Source: Thermoplasmata archaeon (lineage in GTDB: Archaea > Thermoplasmatota > Thermoplasmata > RBG-16-68-12 > JAFNFQ01). From it: 64,000 nucleotides of DNA. Each line of letters begins with the position of its first letter. Position 1 is the stretch's first letter. This document shows positions 19,912-29,889 of this stretch, piece by piece. The notes beneath the pieces are model-generated. The model was given only the letters and a program-made list of their open reading frames with translations, was not told where the DNA came from and searched no databases. The position numbers and the translations under genes are program-made. The DNA is taken from contig JBGPQV010000002.1 in assembly GCA_041489255.1 (NCBI GenBank), positions 1 to 64,000 on the forward strand. Reading direction: 5' to 3'.

Positions 19912-21027
19912 ATGGGGAAAGGAGTGCTTGCAGTCGCTGCGATTATTGTGGTCGTCTTGGCGGGGTTCGCAGGTTGGTACATCTTCATGCACGATGGGGA
20001 TGGCGACGGCGTCCCGGACAATCAAGATGCGTTTCCGAACGACACGAGTGAGTCGCGGGATACAGACAAGGATGGGGTCGGGGATAATGCTGACGCCTTC
20101 CCAAACGACCCCAATGAGACCTCGGACTTCGACGATGACGGCATCGGGGACAATTCTGACCCGGACGATGACAATGACTCCATGCCCGACACCTGGGAGA
20201 CTTCTAACAATCTGAATCCGAAATACGCCGCGGATGGTACGAGGGATGAGGACAACGACCAGCTAGTCAACGCACAGGAATATTCAAAGCGGTCAGATCC
20301 AAGGGATCCTGACACGGATGTAGACTCAGTCATCGACGGCCTCGACATCGATCCTGCCGTGGACACAATCGTGGTCTTCCAATACACTCGCTTCAAGGTG
20401 GAAGACCCGATCGACATTGGCACCGAGGGAGATGTCTACTTCATGATTTCAATGAATGATGAAGCCGATCTCACAAGCAGCGTCATCTTGTATGACACAA
20501 ATGCAGCCGATGTCCCCGCGGATTTCACCGCCGTTTTCAATGTCGCGGACAACGTGGACACCGTGTACTTCCGGAGCACCTGGTTCGACAGGGACTTCAT
20601 GTTTGATGACAAGCTCGATGTGAGCGGGATCGGCACTGCCCTCGATGTGAACTACTCGTTAAACAATCACGCTTGGTGGGGTGATGACAGCGATGGCGTC
20701 GTGTCTGGCAACGATGACGGCAGTACCACTTGGGATGAGGATGATATCACCGTCTGGTATCAGATCTATGACAGCGTGGCTCATCCTGACCAGATAGAAA
20801 GCATACTCGCTTCAATGGGTAGCGAGTCAGGCACGGAGGACTTCAACCAAGCCGTGCGTGCGATGGGGCACGTGATTTTGGAGCAACTGGTCCAGTGGGC
20901 GTTGGACCATCCTGACTTCTTCGCTGAATACGGGTCGTGGGGAGCACTGATTGCCGCTGGACTTCAGGTACTCGCGATCGTGGTGAAGTTCTACAGACTC
21001 TTCTTCCTGCAGAACGATGATAAATAG
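19912..21027 (+). CDS. Membrane-anchored protein with thrombospondin type 3-like Ca-binding repeats
   Basis: N-terminal TM, repeated DxDxDGxxDxxDAFPND motifs, acidic beta domain, C-terminal hydrophobic helix. Confidence 0.8.
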   Translation: MGKGVLAVAAIIVVVLAGFAGWYIFMHDGDGDGVPDNQDAFPNDTSESRDTDKDGVGDNADAFPNDPNETSDFDDDGIGDNSDPDDDNDSMPDTWETSNNLNPKYAADGTRDEDNDQLVNAQEYSKRSDPRDPDTDVDSVIDGLDIDPAVDTIVVFQYTRFKVEDPIDIGTEGDVYFMISMNDEADLTSSVILYDTNAADVPADFTAVFNVADNVDTVYFRSTWFDRDFMFDDKLDVSGIGTALDVNYSLNNHAWWGDDSDGVVSGNDDGSTTWDEDDITVWYQIYDSVAHPDQIESILASMGSESGTEDFNQAVRAMGHVILEQLVQWALDHPDFFAEYGSWGALIAAGLQVLAIVVKFYRLFFLQNDDK

Positions 21028-21118
21028 CGCGCATTTCGTTTTTCCGTGAAGTTCAGAGGGATGCTTCGCAGTGATCGTCCATATGGCCATACAAGCTTAA
21101 TATTACACAAGGAATCGG

Positions 21119-21778
21119 ATGTCTGTGTGCTACGCGGGCTGCGGGGATTGGGACTGGGATTCATTCTACGAGAAACACCCGCTGCCGCGCAATCAGGTCC
21201 AAGCCGGAAAGCGCATGGCCAAGCGCATTGAGCGCTACATCGAATCCAGAGAAATCACCGCCAATTCGATCGCCGATGTCGGATGCGGGCCCGCCACGAC
21301 CCTTTTCGACCTCGCGCGCAGAATGCCCCGCTGCGAGTTCCACGGCTATGACAGCTCGAGGACCATACTCAGGATGAACCGCCAGAAGGCGGAAAAGCTG
21401 GGACTTGACAACCTTAATTTCCATTGCGCAAAGCTCCCCGCCATGGCGGTCAGGAGGCAGTTCTCCATCGTCCTGTGCATCGCCACCCTCCACTACGTCG
21501 AGGACCCGAGGCGGGCCATCAGGCAGCTCTACTCCATGGTCGACCCTGGCGGTTACCTGATCTTCAACTACCCGAACCGCGCGCACAGGGCCGCCGTGAC
21601 CCGAGAGGCCGAGCGGGACCCTGTCGTGAGCAGGCGGTTCGAGCTCGTGATCCGTGGCGGTAACCTCCTCTCCTATTTGAGTATCGAACGCACGCTCAGG
21701 CGGCGGCCGAGGAGCTTCTGGCTGAAGGTGGGAGAGCCAGCGAGCAGGGTGAATCCTTGCATCGTCATCGCGAAATGA
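21119..21778 (+). CDS. Class I SAM-dependent methyltransferase
   Basis: ADVGCGPA, TLHYVEDP, VDPGGYL. Confidence 0.88.
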   Translation: MSVCYAGCGDWDWDSFYEKHPLPRNQVQAGKRMAKRIERYIESREITANSIADVGCGPATTLFDLARRMPRCEFHGYDSSRTILRMNRQKAEKLGLDNLNFHCAKLPAMAVRRQFSIVLCIATLHYVEDPRRAIRQLYSMVDPGGYLIFNYPNRAHRAAVTREAERDPVVSRRFELVIRGGNLLSYLSIERTLRRRPRSFWLKVGEPASRVNPCIVIAK

Positions 21779-21839
21779 TGGCGCAGAGGAATCTTAACAT
21801 ACCAGACGACCGCTTGCGGTATCCGAAGGGGGCGGACTC

Positions 21840-22211
21840 ATGAATGTCATAGAGGCATGGCGATGCCTTGGGGATGTGGACAAGAGAAGAATCGAGGGAA
21901 AGCTGGCGAAGGCACTATGGCGCAAGATCTGGTTTGACGTCGGTAAGATTGCCTTGTCAGCCTCTTTCCTCATCGTTGTGGCACTCAGCGTGTCGGGACT
22001 GATGCCGTCGCAGCTGGCTGATCTGGGAGCGATGATAAAATACCTCTATTCCGGAAAGACTGTCATGGATGTATTTTTTTCTGCAGGACTCGGGGTGATT
22101 TCCGGTTTGACTCTCGGACTGAATATCTATCTCCTCCCCAGAACCTATTCACTTCTTAACTATTCATTGCGCATAGCTGAGAGACACGCCATGAAGAAGA
22201 CAGTGCGGTAG
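21840..22211 (+). CDS. Small hypothetical membrane protein (2 TM)
   Basis: 123-aa ORF with two hydrophobic segments and a purine-rich RBS. Confidence 0.55.
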   Translation: MNVIEAWRCLGDVDKRRIEGKLAKALWRKIWFDVGKIALSASFLIVVALSVSGLMPSQLADLGAMIKYLYSGKTVMDVFFSAGLGVISGLTLGLNIYLLPRTYSLLNYSLRIAERHAMKKTVR

Positions 22212-22273
22212 CGAATGCGACACGGTGAGCTTGACTGTTTACTTCATATGAGATAAAGGGCGCCCACTTCGTC

Positions 22274-22691
22274 ACATCGGTCGGATTTTCGAAGGCATTT
22301 GGCAGGATTTACGCGACATGCAGCGAAGGTCGCATCACGTGTTGCAGGGTTTCCGAAACATGTCGCGGGAATCGCAAAACACGTTGCGGGAACTGCGGAA
22401 CTTGTGTGAGACTCCGTTAACACGTCGCGGGGTTTCGAAAACATGTTGCGAGGTCACCAAGGCATGTTGCGGGAACCGCAAAACATGTTGCGGACATCAT
22501 GAAACATGTTGCGGAGGCTCTGTAACATGTCGCGGGGACTGCGGAACATGTAATGGACTCCGCGAACATGTCGCAGGGTTTCAGAAACATGTCGCGAGGC
22601 TTGCGTCACATGTTGCGAGAATCGCGAAACATGTTCCATGGTTCGAAAAAAATGTCGCATAGCGCGCACGACATGCACCCGGAACGCTGTT
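22274..22691. repeat. Degenerate 21-bp tandem array, 20 units, core ACATGTYGCG
   Basis: Unit starts 22274, 22295, 22316, 22337, 22358, 22379, 22400, 22420, 22441, 22462, 22483, 22504, 22525, 22546, 22566, 22587, 22608, 22629, 22650, 22671; all spacings are 21 except two of 20. Confidence 0.95.
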
Positions 22692-22727
22692 CCTCATAAT
22701 GCTCTTTGGAAGGGACCTGGATTTAAA

Positions 22728-22762
22728 GAGAAAAAAGAAAAAGTGGCCCCCGCGAGGGGGCC
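22728..22762 (-). terminator. Hairpin plus oligo-U terminator of the 124-aa gene
   Basis: Perfect 7-bp stem GGCCCCC-4 nt-GGGGGCC (22745-22762) followed on the minus strand by TTTTTCTTTTTT. Confidence 0.85.
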
Positions 22763-22795
22763 TTGATGTCACTTCCATCTCGGAGGTCGATCCGC

Positions 22796-23170
22796 CTAAG
22801 CTTTCACCGGTGTCACGATCGGCTTCTCGCCCTCCTCTGCCTGCGGCCTGTGCATCCTGCTCCGTATCCGCCTGAAGTTCGCGGCCGTGCTGCTGTCCTT
22901 TTTCACCGCCGCGATGGCCATGTCGAGGTAACCGGACGTGGACACGTACGCGTTCCTCTTCACAGCCAGCCACGACTCCGTCGCAAGCTTGCTCTGCCTT
23001 TTCGCGGATTCTTGGTGCTGCTCCGATGCCGCGGCCTGCTCCAGCAGGCTCTTCATCGTCGTCAGCATAAGTTCCACGTTCAGGCCGGCGCCCATTAGGG
23101 CATTTCGTTCATTTACGAATAGCTCGATCACCATCTTCACGAAGGCGATTACTCCTATCTCAGTCACCAT
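22796..23170 (-). CDS. Hypothetical 124-aa all-alpha-helical protein next to the 21-bp array
   Basis: Amphipathic helical pattern, basic C-terminal helix (NFRRIRSRMHR), own terminator. Confidence 0.8.
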   Translation of the reverse strand: MVTEIGVIAFVKMVIELFVNERNALMGAGLNVELMLTTMKSLLEQAAASEQHQESAKRQSKLATESWLAVKRNAYVSTSGYLDMAIAAVKKDSSTAANFRRIRSRMHRPQAEEGEKPIVTPVKA

Positions 23171-23582
23171 TCTGTTTCACTTATCCTGCCACCCTGCAGA
23201 GGTCGGGCGCCACCGGCGCCTTCATCCTCCTCCGGGGGACAGACTCAGCATCAGCGATGGATGTATTTCCAATATTACAGCGGATGTATCTTCGCGCCGA
23301 GTAGCATGCTAGTGATTCACGATTCTCGGCTGGCCACACATGGTCCGACCGACACATTCACCCAAAAGGGTCCATATGAGAGGGGAAACACGAACGGCTT
23401 CCTCCATAGAATCGCTTTCCCAGTTGGCGGTGGATGTCTACAGCGCGGCTGGAGGCTGACGTTTGACGATGGCGAGCGGATTCCGAGAGTTAGCTTTCCC
23501 GTGAATTCGCCCAAAGGCCAAGAGCATGAATTCAGACTCGCGGCGGCAATGTGAAGACCCCTACGAGAAATCCGTGGTCAGT

Positions 23583-24944
23583 TCAGCCGAAGAAGCGGGC
23601 GATGACCTTGCGCATCATCGTGTGACAGTCATCTGTCTGCGAGAGGTCTGTCTTGCCGCCGAAGCCGCCGGCCAAGAACGTCCATCCCGTGACGGATCCT
23701 TTTCCCACGCGTTGGCTGAAGCCCACAATCGGCGTCCTGTCGTTGTTCAGCCGTTCGCGGTCGATATCGGTCGTGACGAGTCCGCACCATACCTGCATCT
23801 GCCCGACACCCTCGCCGCCCGCCGCCTTGCCGCCGTGCATGACGCTCGCATAATTGTTCCTCGCAATCCCGAGCCTCCTCACCGGTCCATCCGGAAGCTC
23901 CCTGACCTCGATCTCCCTGCCTGAGTCGAGCTTCAGCGCCTTCACGCCATGCCCCGCGAGCCTCGCCGCAAGAGCCATGCCGCCATCGTGGAGGCCGAGG
24001 ATCCTGCCCCCTTCCTCCACGAACTCCTGCAGCAGCCCGATGGTGCCCTCCGGCGGCGCCTCCTCGTGCGCAAGCCACATCTTCGCGAATTCAGTGGACC
24101 ACGGCTGCTTCCTGGCGAAATATGCGTCATAGGACACGATAATCGCCCTGTGGTCTGAAATCGTGGACATTTCTTCGGGCCACTCTGGCATGAAGCGGAG
24201 AGATCCCCGCGATAGAACGCCGAGCAGCGTCGATGCGAGCTGGCTGCCGATCCACATGTTACGCGTAAGGAAAATCAACGGATGCAACTGCGCGGGCACG
24301 GGAATCCTCTGCGCCCCCTTGCGGACGAGCTCGAACTCGGGATTGTAGCTGTAGGAGACAACGTGGCCATCTCGCCACTCGCGCTCAAAAGGCAGCGCTT
24401 TGTCGTGGATGATGCGGTACTCGTAAGTCCACCAGTCCACGAGCGCCTCGTGGACTGTCGGTATCTTCTTGCCGACTTTCGCTACGAGGTCTGACACAGT
24501 GTGCGGGCCGTCCTTCTCGATCAAGGCGTTGAGCACTGCCACCCCGAGCCTGAAGTTGCCGTCCGAGAGCCAGATCCTCTCCTTCTGGGTCACGTCATGC
24601 CAGACGCGCGATATCAGCCATCTCCGGCACAGATTCAGGTCTCTCTCCAGCGTCTCGGGCCTCTCAGAGGTGAAGAGGCCCATCGCGTCCCTCGTCTCGA
24701 GGATGAGTATGACGACGTCCTTGACCATCCTGATCGTCTGCTCCCTCGCGTCCGTCCTGTCCGCCATAATCCTCAGCGGGCAAGCGTCAGACGCACAGTC
24801 CGGGCCCGGGCCCACGCCATCCGGACGCTTCTCGTCCCCCCATGCTGCCTCAGGGTGCTCCACGAGGAAATGCCTCACAAGTTCGTATTTCCCCTTGTCG
24901 GGGAGTCCGGCGGGGTCGTCGGTCTGCATCTGTTTGCGCTTCAT
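23583..24944 (-). CDS. Hypothetical protein with putative winged HTH and C-terminal ThuA/class I GATase-like domain
   Basis: GPHTVSDLVAKVGKKIPTVHEAL is HTH-like; LQEFVEEGGRILGLHDG and RVGKGSVTG resemble the ThuA-like fold. Confidence 0.55.
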   Translation of the reverse strand: MKRKQMQTDDPAGLPDKGKYELVRHFLVEHPEAAWGDEKRPDGVGPGPDCASDACPLRIMADRTDAREQTIRMVKDVVILILETRDAMGLFTSERPETLERDLNLCRRWLISRVWHDVTQKERIWLSDGNFRLGVAVLNALIEKDGPHTVSDLVAKVGKKIPTVHEALVDWWTYEYRIIHDKALPFEREWRDGHVVSYSYNPEFELVRKGAQRIPVPAQLHPLIFLTRNMWIGSQLASTLLGVLSRGSLRFMPEWPEEMSTISDHRAIIVSYDAYFARKQPWSTEFAKMWLAHEEAPPEGTIGLLQEFVEEGGRILGLHDGGMALAARLAGHGVKALKLDSGREIEVRELPDGPVRRLGIARNNYASVMHGGKAAGGEGVGQMQVWCGLVTTDIDRERLNNDRTPIVGFSQRVGKGSVTGWTFLAGGFGGKTDLSQTDDCHTMMRKVIARFFG

Positions 24945-25101
24945 GCGTGCTCCTCACATCGGAATCTGAGATGGGCTATTGAAGCCTCCTCCGATTCTTC
25001 GGACGCGAATCCGGTCGGAGATGGCGGGAGGCCAGGGGTATATGAACTCGCGACCGAATACTCTGCCTCACCCTTCATTCTGCCTTTCTGATTCTCCAAC
25101 C

Positions 25102-26292
25102 ATGAACGCCAAAACAGCGGTCGTGGCAATCTTGTGCGCCATCGCCATTTCTGGCCTCGCTGTGGGACAGACGGTGATGCAGGGAGGGATCGACGGAACG
25201 AACGGGGGAGGAGATGCAGCCTTCTCCGGAGCAAACGGGGCGACGCCTACCGCCAACGGGGATCCCTACGCGCTGAAGACTCTGAACATCAAGGGATACC
25301 CTGGGATTTTCAACACTGACAAGGGCGGCAGCCAGGCGAAATTCCACAAAGAGGTGAAGATGGACTATAGCCAAGACGGGACGGATGTCACCGCAAAGGT
25401 CGACCTCACCGAGGGCACGCGGTTCTCCTTCTTCTGGCTGGACGTGAGGTCGGTAATGGAGACTTTCTGCGCCGAGGTGACGTGGACCTACATGCCCGAC
25501 CAGAGCAGGGGCATCGAGACGGTACCCGAGCTCGATGTCTTCTTCGACGGTGCCCTTGCATTCTCGATAAGGAACGGGCAGTTCGTCAGCCCGCAGGACA
25601 AGACGTTCGTGGTCCAGCCAGGACAGGTCGTCGAGGTCACTGTCAGCCTTTACACTCTGAGGGACACTAGGGCCGTGATCGTCTTCGGCGAGGACTACGA
25701 GTTGGTCGACTGCGGATCCGTGCCGGAGGGGCCGTGCGGCGGTGACTGGTTCTTCAGCACGAGCCAGCGCTGGATCGGGAGGAGCTACAACTCGCTTGTG
25801 ATGCAGGCGCGCACCACAGATTACGTCTACGTGTGGGGCACCGACGGCTATTACGGAGTCCTCTTCCTCGCGATATACAACCTCGATTTGTCGCAGAAGC
25901 TCTACACCGAGCTCTTCGGCTCATGGGACAGCGGGGACACTAGCTGGCCCACGCTCGGCATGATGGGACGGGGTACTGCGCTCCACCTGACACTTGACGG
26001 AGTGACCGTCAAAGTCTATGATGGAGAGTACCCGGTGACCTCGCTGGTGGCGGCCCAGCTGCGGCCAGGCTGGATAACGATATCCGAGGTCGATTGGGCG
26101 GCTGCGGCGGGGGGAAGCTGTGGATTCTTCGACGATATGAACTACGGTAGCGTCGCGGAGTTTGAGGCGGGAGGATGGGTATTCCTCCAGGACAGGGATT
26201 TGGTCACAGCGACGGGCTCGACGATAATCATGGACGATGACGGTGCCCGATGCCCGATTGTCGAGAGAGGGATAGAACGCGGAGACCCCTAG
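25102..26292 (+). CDS. Hypothetical secreted beta-rich protein
   Basis: Signal peptide MNAKTAVVAILCAIAISGLAVG; followed by a terminator. Confidence 0.7.
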   Translation: MNAKTAVVAILCAIAISGLAVGQTVMQGGIDGTNGGGDAAFSGANGATPTANGDPYALKTLNIKGYPGIFNTDKGGSQAKFHKEVKMDYSQDGTDVTAKVDLTEGTRFSFFWLDVRSVMETFCAEVTWTYMPDQSRGIETVPELDVFFDGALAFSIRNGQFVSPQDKTFVVQPGQVVEVTVSLYTLRDTRAVIVFGEDYELVDCGSVPEGPCGGDWFFSTSQRWIGRSYNSLVMQARTTDYVYVWGTDGYYGVLFLAIYNLDLSQKLYTELFGSWDSGDTSWPTLGMMGRGTALHLTLDGVTVKVYDGEYPVTSLVAAQLRPGWITISEVDWAAAAGGSCGFFDDMNYGSVAEFEAGGWVFLQDRDLVTATGSTIIMDDDGARCPIVERGIERGDP

Positions 26293-26317
26293 CGGGGCCT
26301 CTGCCTTTTTCTTTTTT
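26282..26317 (+). terminator. Putative terminator
   Basis: CCCC/GGGG stem around the stop, then TTTTTCTTTTTT. Confidence 0.6.
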
Positions 26318-26634
26318 ACGAAGCTCGATCCCCAAGCCTATATTGACCAGCCGCTGCGGGGAGGGCTTGTGAATGGTGGCTGCGAAGAGTGTATGGCCGG
26401 ATCCTCAGTATTGCCGCGTCTGAGCCGCTCGCGATATTCTGGCCGCCACAGTGTCGGTTGAGAGACCCGCTCCCGTCAATGGGCATGAAGTGGTAAGTAC
26501 CCAGGAACATTCATTGCCTCAGAACGGTGGTGCGGGTCCGAGGCGGTGTACGACATGTCAACGATTTGCTTAATAGGCGGGAAACACAATCCGGTCCGCG
26601 CACCCGGAATGAAGGCTGGTGCTGTGGTGGGTCA

Positions 26635-28905
26635 ATGATGATCGATAAGAGTGAACAGAATGCGGGGCGGAGCCGGAGGAGGCACTATCTCGCCTTGACG
26701 CCCGTCGCCGCATCAATCGTGAGCTTGGTCATATGCATCCTGATGGTGACTTCTCTGTTTCCGTTTGGGCGCATCGCGAATCTTCCGTCCAAGGAGGAGC
26801 CACCTGTCGACCGACCCGAAAGCGAGTCTGTCCCCCTCGCCCCCGCATGGCCGCCTTTGCTCGACGCGAATTCCGGCGTTGACTCCTGGAACCTCTGGGA
26901 CGCCTTCAAGCAGGGGCCCCAATATGGCGGTAACCTGAACGTGCCGACGGAGAGCGCGGCGTACTACGACTTGATGTCGCGTGCTTTCCGCATGTCTCCT
27001 GAGGCGTTGAGTCTCCTTCAGGAGAACGGCTTCGTCGCTCTCCCTTCGCCCGGGGAACACGAGATAGACATGGTCTACCGATACTACTGGATGAACGACC
27101 TGCCCGTGCTCATAACCACGGACACAATCCTCACCGTCCAGCACCTCCTGTTCGACCAGATGCTCCAGGACCTTGAGAACGCGAGCCTACGTCCGATGGT
27201 CGAGAACATGAGCGTCGGTCTCCTCGGGGAGGCTGCGTGGCTGCGATCGGTTCTTCCCGATTCTCTCAAGGACGCCGCCACAAATGCGGTTGTCTTCTTT
27301 GCGGTGCCGAATATCCTCCTCAATACGAGTGCGGTGGTCCCCGCCGACGCCGCCGACCGCGTGCAGGGAATAGTCGCCAAGATCATGGCGGCGGTCGAAG
27401 CCGAACCCGATTCACTCGAAACCGACTGGACGCAGTACACGCCCAGAGGCCACTATGACCGCACTGAGTTCCTGAAGCGGTACTTCCGGGCGATGATGTG
27501 GTACGGGCGGGCTTCCTATGATCTCAATGAGACGGATGGTATCGTACCTGCGTCCATCATCGCCGCAATCCTCGATGGCTCCCCTCAGGGGCTCGGTCTG
27601 TGGACGAGGGTCTACAACGCCACCGCCCGTCTCGTCGGCGAGTCGGACAGCCTGAACCACCTGGACATCAAGAGGGCGTTCCTGAATAGGCTAGGGGCAT
27701 TCAACGTCTCGCTGTTGGCTGATCCCGGCAATGTTTTGGCGCTGAAGGAGGAGTTCGCGAGTGATGCATACTATCGGCAAAGGATTCTGTCAGCCGTCGT
27801 CTACGTTGATATCGACCCTGAGGGGAACAATCCGCTGTACGAGTTTTCGAAGATATACCAGTTCATGGGCCAGCGCTACGTGATCGACTCGGAGATCATC
27901 CAGAACGTGATGTTCGATCGCGTTGACATCTATGAGGAACGTCGACGAGGTCTGCCTTCCGGGCTTGACGTTGCGGCGGCCCTCGGATCGTCACGCGCCT
28001 TCGACCTTCTATCGGGGGAGTTGACCAAGTACAATTATGAGACACAGCTCCGCCAGCAGTGGTCCGCGGTGAGCAACAAGAGCGATGAGTTCTGGAACCG
28101 CACGGCGTACTCCCGCCAACTCAGTAGCTACCGGGAGGTCTTGGACCCGCCGCCGCAAGGCGCGCCGGCGTTCGCGACGACACGTGCTTGGGCGAGCGAG
28201 AAGGTGAACACGGCCCTCGGATCCTGGACAGAGCTCAAGCATGACACCATCCTCTATGCGAAGCAGCCCTATTCGCCAGGAGGGACCTGCAGTACGCCGG
28301 ATGGATACGTCGAGCCCTATCCGAACTTCTTCAAACGCATCGCCTGGCTGGACGAGGAGATACAGTGGATTCTCGAAACGCACTTCAACGTCAGCACGGA
28401 CCCCGCCGCACGGTTCCACACGGTGTTCGGGGAATTCGCCGCGATCAACTACCGCCTCGCCGAAATCGCGCAGAAGGAACTAGATGGAATCGAGCTCTCG
28501 GAGGAGGACGTGGATTTCGTCCGCAGCATCTTCGTCAACTCGGAGCAGGAGGGTTGCGGCGGTCCGATCACGAACTTCGGCTGGCTGCCGGACATCCTGG
28601 GAGAGGCGAATGTCACCGAGAGGACGAAGGATTCCAGGATCGTCGCGGACGTGGCGACGGATGGAGGCTGGCTCTACGAGCCGCCGAGGGTTCTGCACGT
28701 TGCACTCGGCACATTCAGGAGTGTCACCGTGGCGTATCAATCGCCGAACGGAACCTGGCATCTGGCGGTGGGTCCGATCTACGGCTACTACGAGTTCGCC
28801 TTGGGCGGCTTCACGAGGCTCACGGACGACGAGTGGAAGCAGATGCTCCAGGATGACGACCCGGCGCAGCCGCCATGGACTGCTGAGTTCCTCGCTCCCG
28901 CCTAG
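26635..28905 (+). CDS. DUF3160 domain-containing exported protein
   Basis: YTPRGHY, YFRAMMWYGR, LGSWTELKHDTILYAKQ, GYVEPYP, RLTDDEW; N-terminal TM. Confidence 0.85.
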   Translation: MMIDKSEQNAGRSRRRHYLALTPVAASIVSLVICILMVTSLFPFGRIANLPSKEEPPVDRPESESVPLAPAWPPLLDANSGVDSWNLWDAFKQGPQYGGNLNVPTESAAYYDLMSRAFRMSPEALSLLQENGFVALPSPGEHEIDMVYRYYWMNDLPVLITTDTILTVQHLLFDQMLQDLENASLRPMVENMSVGLLGEAAWLRSVLPDSLKDAATNAVVFFAVPNILLNTSAVVPADAADRVQGIVAKIMAAVEAEPDSLETDWTQYTPRGHYDRTEFLKRYFRAMMWYGRASYDLNETDGIVPASIIAAILDGSPQGLGLWTRVYNATARLVGESDSLNHLDIKRAFLNRLGAFNVSLLADPGNVLALKEEFASDAYYRQRILSAVVYVDIDPEGNNPLYEFSKIYQFMGQRYVIDSEIIQNVMFDRVDIYEERRRGLPSGLDVAAALGSSRAFDLLSGELTKYNYETQLRQQWSAVSNKSDEFWNRTAYSRQLSSYREVLDPPPQGAPAFATTRAWASEKVNTALGSWTELKHDTILYAKQPYSPGGTCSTPDGYVEPYPNFFKRIAWLDEEIQWILETHFNVSTDPAARFHTVFGEFAAINYRLAEIAQKELDGIELSEEDVDFVRSIFVNSEQEGCGGPITNFGWLPDILGEANVTERTKDSRIVADVATDGGWLYEPPRVLHVALGTFRSVTVAYQSPNGTWHLAVGPIYGYYEFALGGFTRLTDDEWKQMLQDDDPAQPPWTAEFLAPA

Positions 28906-29058
28906 CGGCATCGTCTGGAATGCGGGGTGCGTTCGAGAATCGCCTGATGGACGGTCAGTGAAATCGCATTCCCGCCACCGCCGACTCATGATCCACCGGA
29001 ACGTACTTAGCTCGCCCGATTGCATGTGCATGTTGTGCCAACCGCCAAACGCGAGGCG

Positions 29059-29778
29059 ATGTATGCGGAGTTCGCCAAGCACTACGACAGAATCTACTCA
29101 TACAAGGACACGGCAAAGGAAGCGAAGTTCATTCTGGCGGCGATGAGAGAGCATAACGTCAGAGGTAAAGCAATCCTCGACGTCGCCTGCGAGACAGGCC
29201 GCCACGCTGCTCTGCTCGCGGGAAAGGGTTTCCGTGTCGTTGGCGTCGACATGAACGGAGGGATGCTTCGGATCGCGCGCAGGAAGGTGCCCAAGGCCAC
29301 GTTCCGCCGTGGCGACATGAAGTCGTTCCGCCTGCCGCGGCGGTTTGATGTGATCCTCTGCATGTTCACCTCGATCAACTACAACACGAGGATGGCGGAC
29401 TTAGTGAGGACCCTCAGCAACTTCGAGAGGCACCTTTCGGATGGCGGTATCATAGTATTCGATGGGCCTGTAAGGAAACGCAAAGGCGGTGAGCAATGGA
29501 CCGGCGACCTGCTGGATAAGGACACTTCCATCCTCTACACATGGCGGGATCGTGGACGCCTGACCATCGGAGACATCTACTGGATTGTCAGGAAGCACGG
29601 ACGGACTCCTCAGGCGAAGGGGGCAAGCGTCGTGCTTGACCGTCATGTCTTACGCATGTACAGTCTGGCGGAAATCAAGGGCGCCGTCCGCGCCTCAGGG
29701 CTGAGGTGTGAGATTCATTGGGACTTCTCCGTCTCGAGAAAGAAGGGGAGAAGACCCGTGTTCGTGTGCTGGCGGTGA
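29059..29778 (+). CDS. Class I SAM-dependent methyltransferase
   Basis: FAKHYDRIY, LDVACETGRH (Gly to Glu in motif I), GDMKSF, HLSDGGIIVFD. Confidence 0.85.
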   Translation: MYAEFAKHYDRIYSYKDTAKEAKFILAAMREHNVRGKAILDVACETGRHAALLAGKGFRVVGVDMNGGMLRIARRKVPKATFRRGDMKSFRLPRRFDVILCMFTSINYNTRMADLVRTLSNFERHLSDGGIIVFDGPVRKRKGGEQWTGDLLDKDTSILYTWRDRGRLTIGDIYWIVRKHGRTPQAKGASVVLDRHVLRMYSLAEIKGAVRASGLRCEIHWDFSVSRKKGRRPVFVCWR

Positions 29779-29889
29779 GTGCACGGGCGATCCCGATGGA
29801 TCTCGCGGGCCGGTATACGCATGGCGGGAAGCCGCGCGGAGAGCCTTGTATCCACGCGGCGATCAGCCCCCTCGTCTGAATCCCAGAAC

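Noticed and set aside
22438-22640. Similarity of AAACATGTTG to the p53 half-site
   Set aside because: Short palindrome; no biological basis in an archaeon.
22318-22662. 114-aa Cys-rich metallothionein-like ORF
   Set aside because: The Cys pairs are a by-product of TGTTGC in one register; the ORF switches register twice and has no clear RBS.
22274-22691. CRISPR or TIGR-type array interpretation
   Set aside because: Units are only 21 bp with degenerate cores and related variable parts; no cas or Nop-domain gene and no box C/D pattern seen.
22704-22716. 13-mer CTTTGGAAGGGAC also found at about 55370
   Set aside because: Matches of this length are expected by chance in 64 kb, and the flanks do not align.
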